From assembly GCA_044892525.1 (NCBI GenBank), contig CM097888.1, positions 45,818,001-45,882,000 of the forward strand: DNA of 64,000 nucleotides, in the 5' to 3' direction. The DNA comes from Schmidtea polychroa (lineage: Eukaryota). Both the position numbers and the translations under genes were made by a program. This document shows, piece by piece, positions 60,010 through 64,000 of this stretch (the stretch's first letter is position 1; each line of letters starts with the position of its first letter). A model generated the notes under the pieces. The model was not told the DNA's origin. It saw only the letters and a list, made by a program, of their open reading frames with translations, and did not search any database.

Positions 60010-63000
60010 CCTTCTTTTACAAAATAAATTTTATTATTAATATATATATATATATATATATATGATTTAAAAATATAATAGACGAAAAACAATAGCTGTG
60101 TCAATGTCATAATAATTATCATTATATTCCCAGCAGCCTGTAACATTTTTGTTTAAATCCAGAAATAGCGCGCTATTTCTATAGTACTGTATAAATATTT
60201 CACCAAACTCATTCATCGGACAAATTGCTGCCATTCATTTGCTAATCATACATCAGATCCCCCCTTCCCCAATACTACCTGTTGCAATAAAAAACGACAT
60301 ATAAAAAAAATATTATTCTAAAAAGACTAATAAAACATTGTTGACGACACTATCGAATTCAAATGAACTAGTATTCTTCAAATCGACGGAGCAGCAGCAG
60401 AAATCTCCTATAAAACGGCAGTATAAAAAGTGGATTAAACATGCTTATTGCTAGTGAGAACACATTATATACGCATACAGTTTCCATAAAATTCCTAGAA
60501 CAATGCTTATGGAAAATATGTAGCGAGCAAATGAGCTCTTTCTAAAGAACAAGTAGACTCAGGAGAATAAGCTCAATTTCCTTAAACAAAGAAAGTGATA
60601 ATAACAATAATGCACCATTCTATTGTTTTTTTACGTCGCAAAAAATATGTCAATGAGATTTGTCAAATGAACGCTTGCTCACAGATACGCTGCCGTCCTA
60701 CAGTTGATAATGAGTATTTTCAGTGGAATGGGAAAATAATTTTTTTCATTCAAATTTTTCATGTGATCCAAAGGTTCTCAAACAATTACTTGTTATCATG
60801 GGTATTAATAAATAATTCTTCACAAAGTTATTAATTATGAGTTATTTAAGATTTATTAATTACGAGTTTTCTTCGAACGAAAAATCTCTATTAAAAGCTA
60901 AAGAAAATTAATAAATAATTATGAAATGTTTTTTATGTATTTATAGCCTTCTTTTTCTCGCGTAAAAAGTAGAATTNNNNNNNNNNNNNNNNNNNNNNNN
61001 NNNNNNNNNNNNNNNNNNNNNNNNNNNNNNNNNNNNNNNNNNNNNNNNNNNNNNNNNNNNNNNNNNNNNNNNNNNNNNNNNNNNNNNNNNNNNNNNNNNN
61101 NNNNNNNNGAGTTACGTACAAAGAAAAATTTTACAATTATTTTAACATAAATTCTGTACATCAAAATTAACATCATATATAAATATTTAATTATAGATAA
61201 TATTTATATGTATCTTAAGCATTAAATAATCCATCAAAACAAAAAAAAATTAACAAAAGCACTAACTCGTTTGAAATCATGACTGTCATGCTCCAACAAA
61301 AGCCACCAAAAGAATGTCAGTTTAAAACAAAAAAAAATCAACAATAATTTGAGCTGTTTAATTGTATAAATTTTGTCAGCTATTAAAGGCTAGGGTACGA
61401 AGGCAATTGTTTATTGTCATTATCAATGATTGTGCAAATATATCTCCCATGCCCAACTCATATGGGAACATAAAAACACAAAGCAGACAAGTCATGAAAT
61501 TATTGTTTCGAGATTTACATTGAATAATCGCAAATGACTATTGTTGGCACACTGGGCTCCCTCCTAACAAAAGAAGCTAAAAAAAAGAAACTCGTCAAAT
61601 CAGCTTTATAGGGAAAAATGCACAACAGCTTAAACATACAATAACTGTTCCCTTTTGCAACCGAGGGAGAAGTTAGATTGATTGCGTGCGATTTATTGAT
61701 TGGATTCAATGANNNNNNNNNNNNNNNNNNNNNNNNNNNNNNNNNNNNNNNNNNNNNNNNNNNNNNNNNNNNNNNNNNNNNNNNNNNNNNNNNNNNNNNN
61801 NNNNNNNNNNNNNNNNNNNNNNNNNNNNNNNNNNNNNNNNNNNNNNNNNNNNNNNNNNNNNNNNNNCGATTACTTAATTACCTGATATTTGATTAGATTT
61901 TATATTAATATGTTTTATACTTTTTTTTAAATTTATTGACAAGGTAAGGACTCGGGTTAAGGTTTTATTTTTGGGATTTTAAATTAGTAGAGAGCGTCAT
62001 AAATAACAGCAATTCTGGTTTTAATATTTTTGAATATTGAATAAAGAAATATGAATCATTTAAAAGCGAAATCTCAAACATTTTCAAAATTTAAAAAGCC
62101 GTTAAAATTTTATGCTTAAGTGCTGTTAACACAACTTCGATGTGTTTGTGTTTGTGTGTATGTGTGTGTGTATGAGCTGGACACCAAAATTTAATAAAAC
62201 GCATTATCATTGACAATGAGTGTATTCGCCAAGTTTCAGCTCGAAAGTTGGTTAATTAACCTTCGCAAGATTTTCGTGCTACTTACTTTCAATGTCGGTG
62301 AAATTAATATAAAGTTAATAATTAATATGAAGTTAATAAAAAATAAAATAATGTAAAACTTCTCAACTAAGTTCAAACCATTATTGACTCAATATTACGT
62401 AGATATTAAAATTCAATTTTTATGAGCTGCCCTGGTTTAAGGAACTCGTAAAATACTTAACCAAAAACTTAACAAGTCATTGAATAATATTCAAATAATA
62501 ATCAAATTTTAAATAATATTAAAAACGTTCAAACCTTTAAAAAGGTTTTAATTTTTCTGGGAGATAAATTGTTTGTTCTAATATTTCATATTAATTCGTG
62601 AAATTTTATTTAATTTTAGTATTCCGAAACTTTATAAACATTCAATATTTTGTGAGGATGACTATTTAGTAATTTAATTCTTTTATTATAATTTATTTGG
62701 ATATCAGAGGTGTAACAATGGAACCGTAAAAGCAAGCAATACTTTAAACCCAAGGGCACCAATTTACTAATAAAATTACTTTTTAATTATCAAATGTTTA
62801 AAGCACAATTACAGTAAAGGATGAAAAGCTGACCGAAACTCAAATCACATTGCAAAATAAATTGTTATCAAACGTTTAACACTATTTGCATATTCTTTTT
62901 TCATTACATCAAAAACTGTTTCAGGAATCCAATACAAATTGCAAAAATACTTGGAATATATTTTTTTACCCCTTGAGTACTGACACTTTTTACATTATAC

Positions 63001-64000
63001 GTCAATGCTTTAGGGTTCATGTTCTTGTAAAATAATTGTTAAATTTTATTGAAATAAAAGTTATTTAATTTGCGCGATTACATTTCTCCTTTAACAATAG
63101 TAATAATATTGCATATAAATTTATAAAAATCCATCTTTAATAATTCTATTATCATAAAGCTTCCCATATATATATAGGATTATAACTTCCGAGGGTTTCA
63201 TTGACAAATAAAAAAATTCCTCTCAACATTTCATCTTCAAATACTGTTTACTTATCCAACAATTCTATTTCTGTTTCAATAATGTTTTCTTTTACATCGG
63301 TTCAATTTAAATATAAATAAAAATATTCATTACTGTTGATCAAATTTTTCAGATCTCGGATTTATATCAAAAATTTGATTTCAGGTATTTTAATTTTTTA
63401 TTTTATTCGAAAGATCATTTATCAAATTGGATCAAGGTTTTTCAANNNNNNNNNNNNNNNNNNNNNNNNNNNNNNNNNNNNNNNNNNNNNNNNNNNNNNN
63501 NNNNNNNNNNNNNNNNNNNNNNNNNNNNNNNNNNNNNNNNNNNNNNNNNNNNNNNNNNNNNNNNNNNNNNNNNNNNNNNNNNNNNNNNNNNNNNNNNNNN
63601 NNNNNNNNNNNNAACAATTGACAGTTTTTTGTTGTAAATATTATTCAAAGAAAATTTTTGATTATATAATAATACTTTTCAATTTAAAAAAAATAGCTTA
63701 CAATTCGTTTAAAATNNNNNNNNNNNNNNNNNNNNNNNNNNNNNNNNNNNNNNNNNNNNNNNNNNNNNNNNNNNNNNNNNNNNNNNNNNNNNNNNNNNNN
63801 NNNNNNNNNNNNNNNNNNNNNNNNNNNNNNNNNNNNNNNNNNNTATTATAAAACAATGAAATAATAAAAATTATCATTTCTACTAAAATTATTGTAGATC
63901 CGGATGTTTAAATAGAGAAAAGAACAATCAACAAGGACAATCAACGTCTCAAGAGATGAGACACAAATACAGGAAGTCTTCATAGAATAAATTTCAATCC

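Noticed and set aside
61240-61500. Cluster of Sox-type AACAAT/ACAAAG motifs upstream of SoxD
   Set aside because: Such hexamers are expected frequently by chance at this AT content; no conservation data.

Overview
AT-rich animal nuclear DNA with 41-57 nt GT-AG introns (flatworm-like; the taxon is inference), many decayed transposons and 11 N-gaps. Host genes: a SoxD gene (7 coding exons, minus strand), a very divergent alpha-tubulin, a ZNF474-like C2HC zinc-finger gene, and partial LamG/EGF and unknown multi-exon genes. Mobile DNA: an intact Buster-type hAT, several MITEs, two non-autonomous Helitrons, Penelope and Gypsy remnants, and a minimal hammerhead ribozyme. The main structure is a ~12.8 kb fold-back (35096-47860, axis at 41470). 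Each ~6.4 kb arm carries one Maverick/Polinton-type protein-primed DNA polymerase B gene split by six short spliceosomal introns, a CCAAT/TATA promoter and two tiers of tandem repeats (~83 and 144 bp). The arms meet at a 35-nt non-palindromic pyrimidine loop, and the visible right end is ACTACT, a Maverick terminal motif. No integrase, capsid, protease or ATPase is present, and both PolB copies have DTDS changed to DTGS. All calls come from manual reading and translation; no database searches were run.
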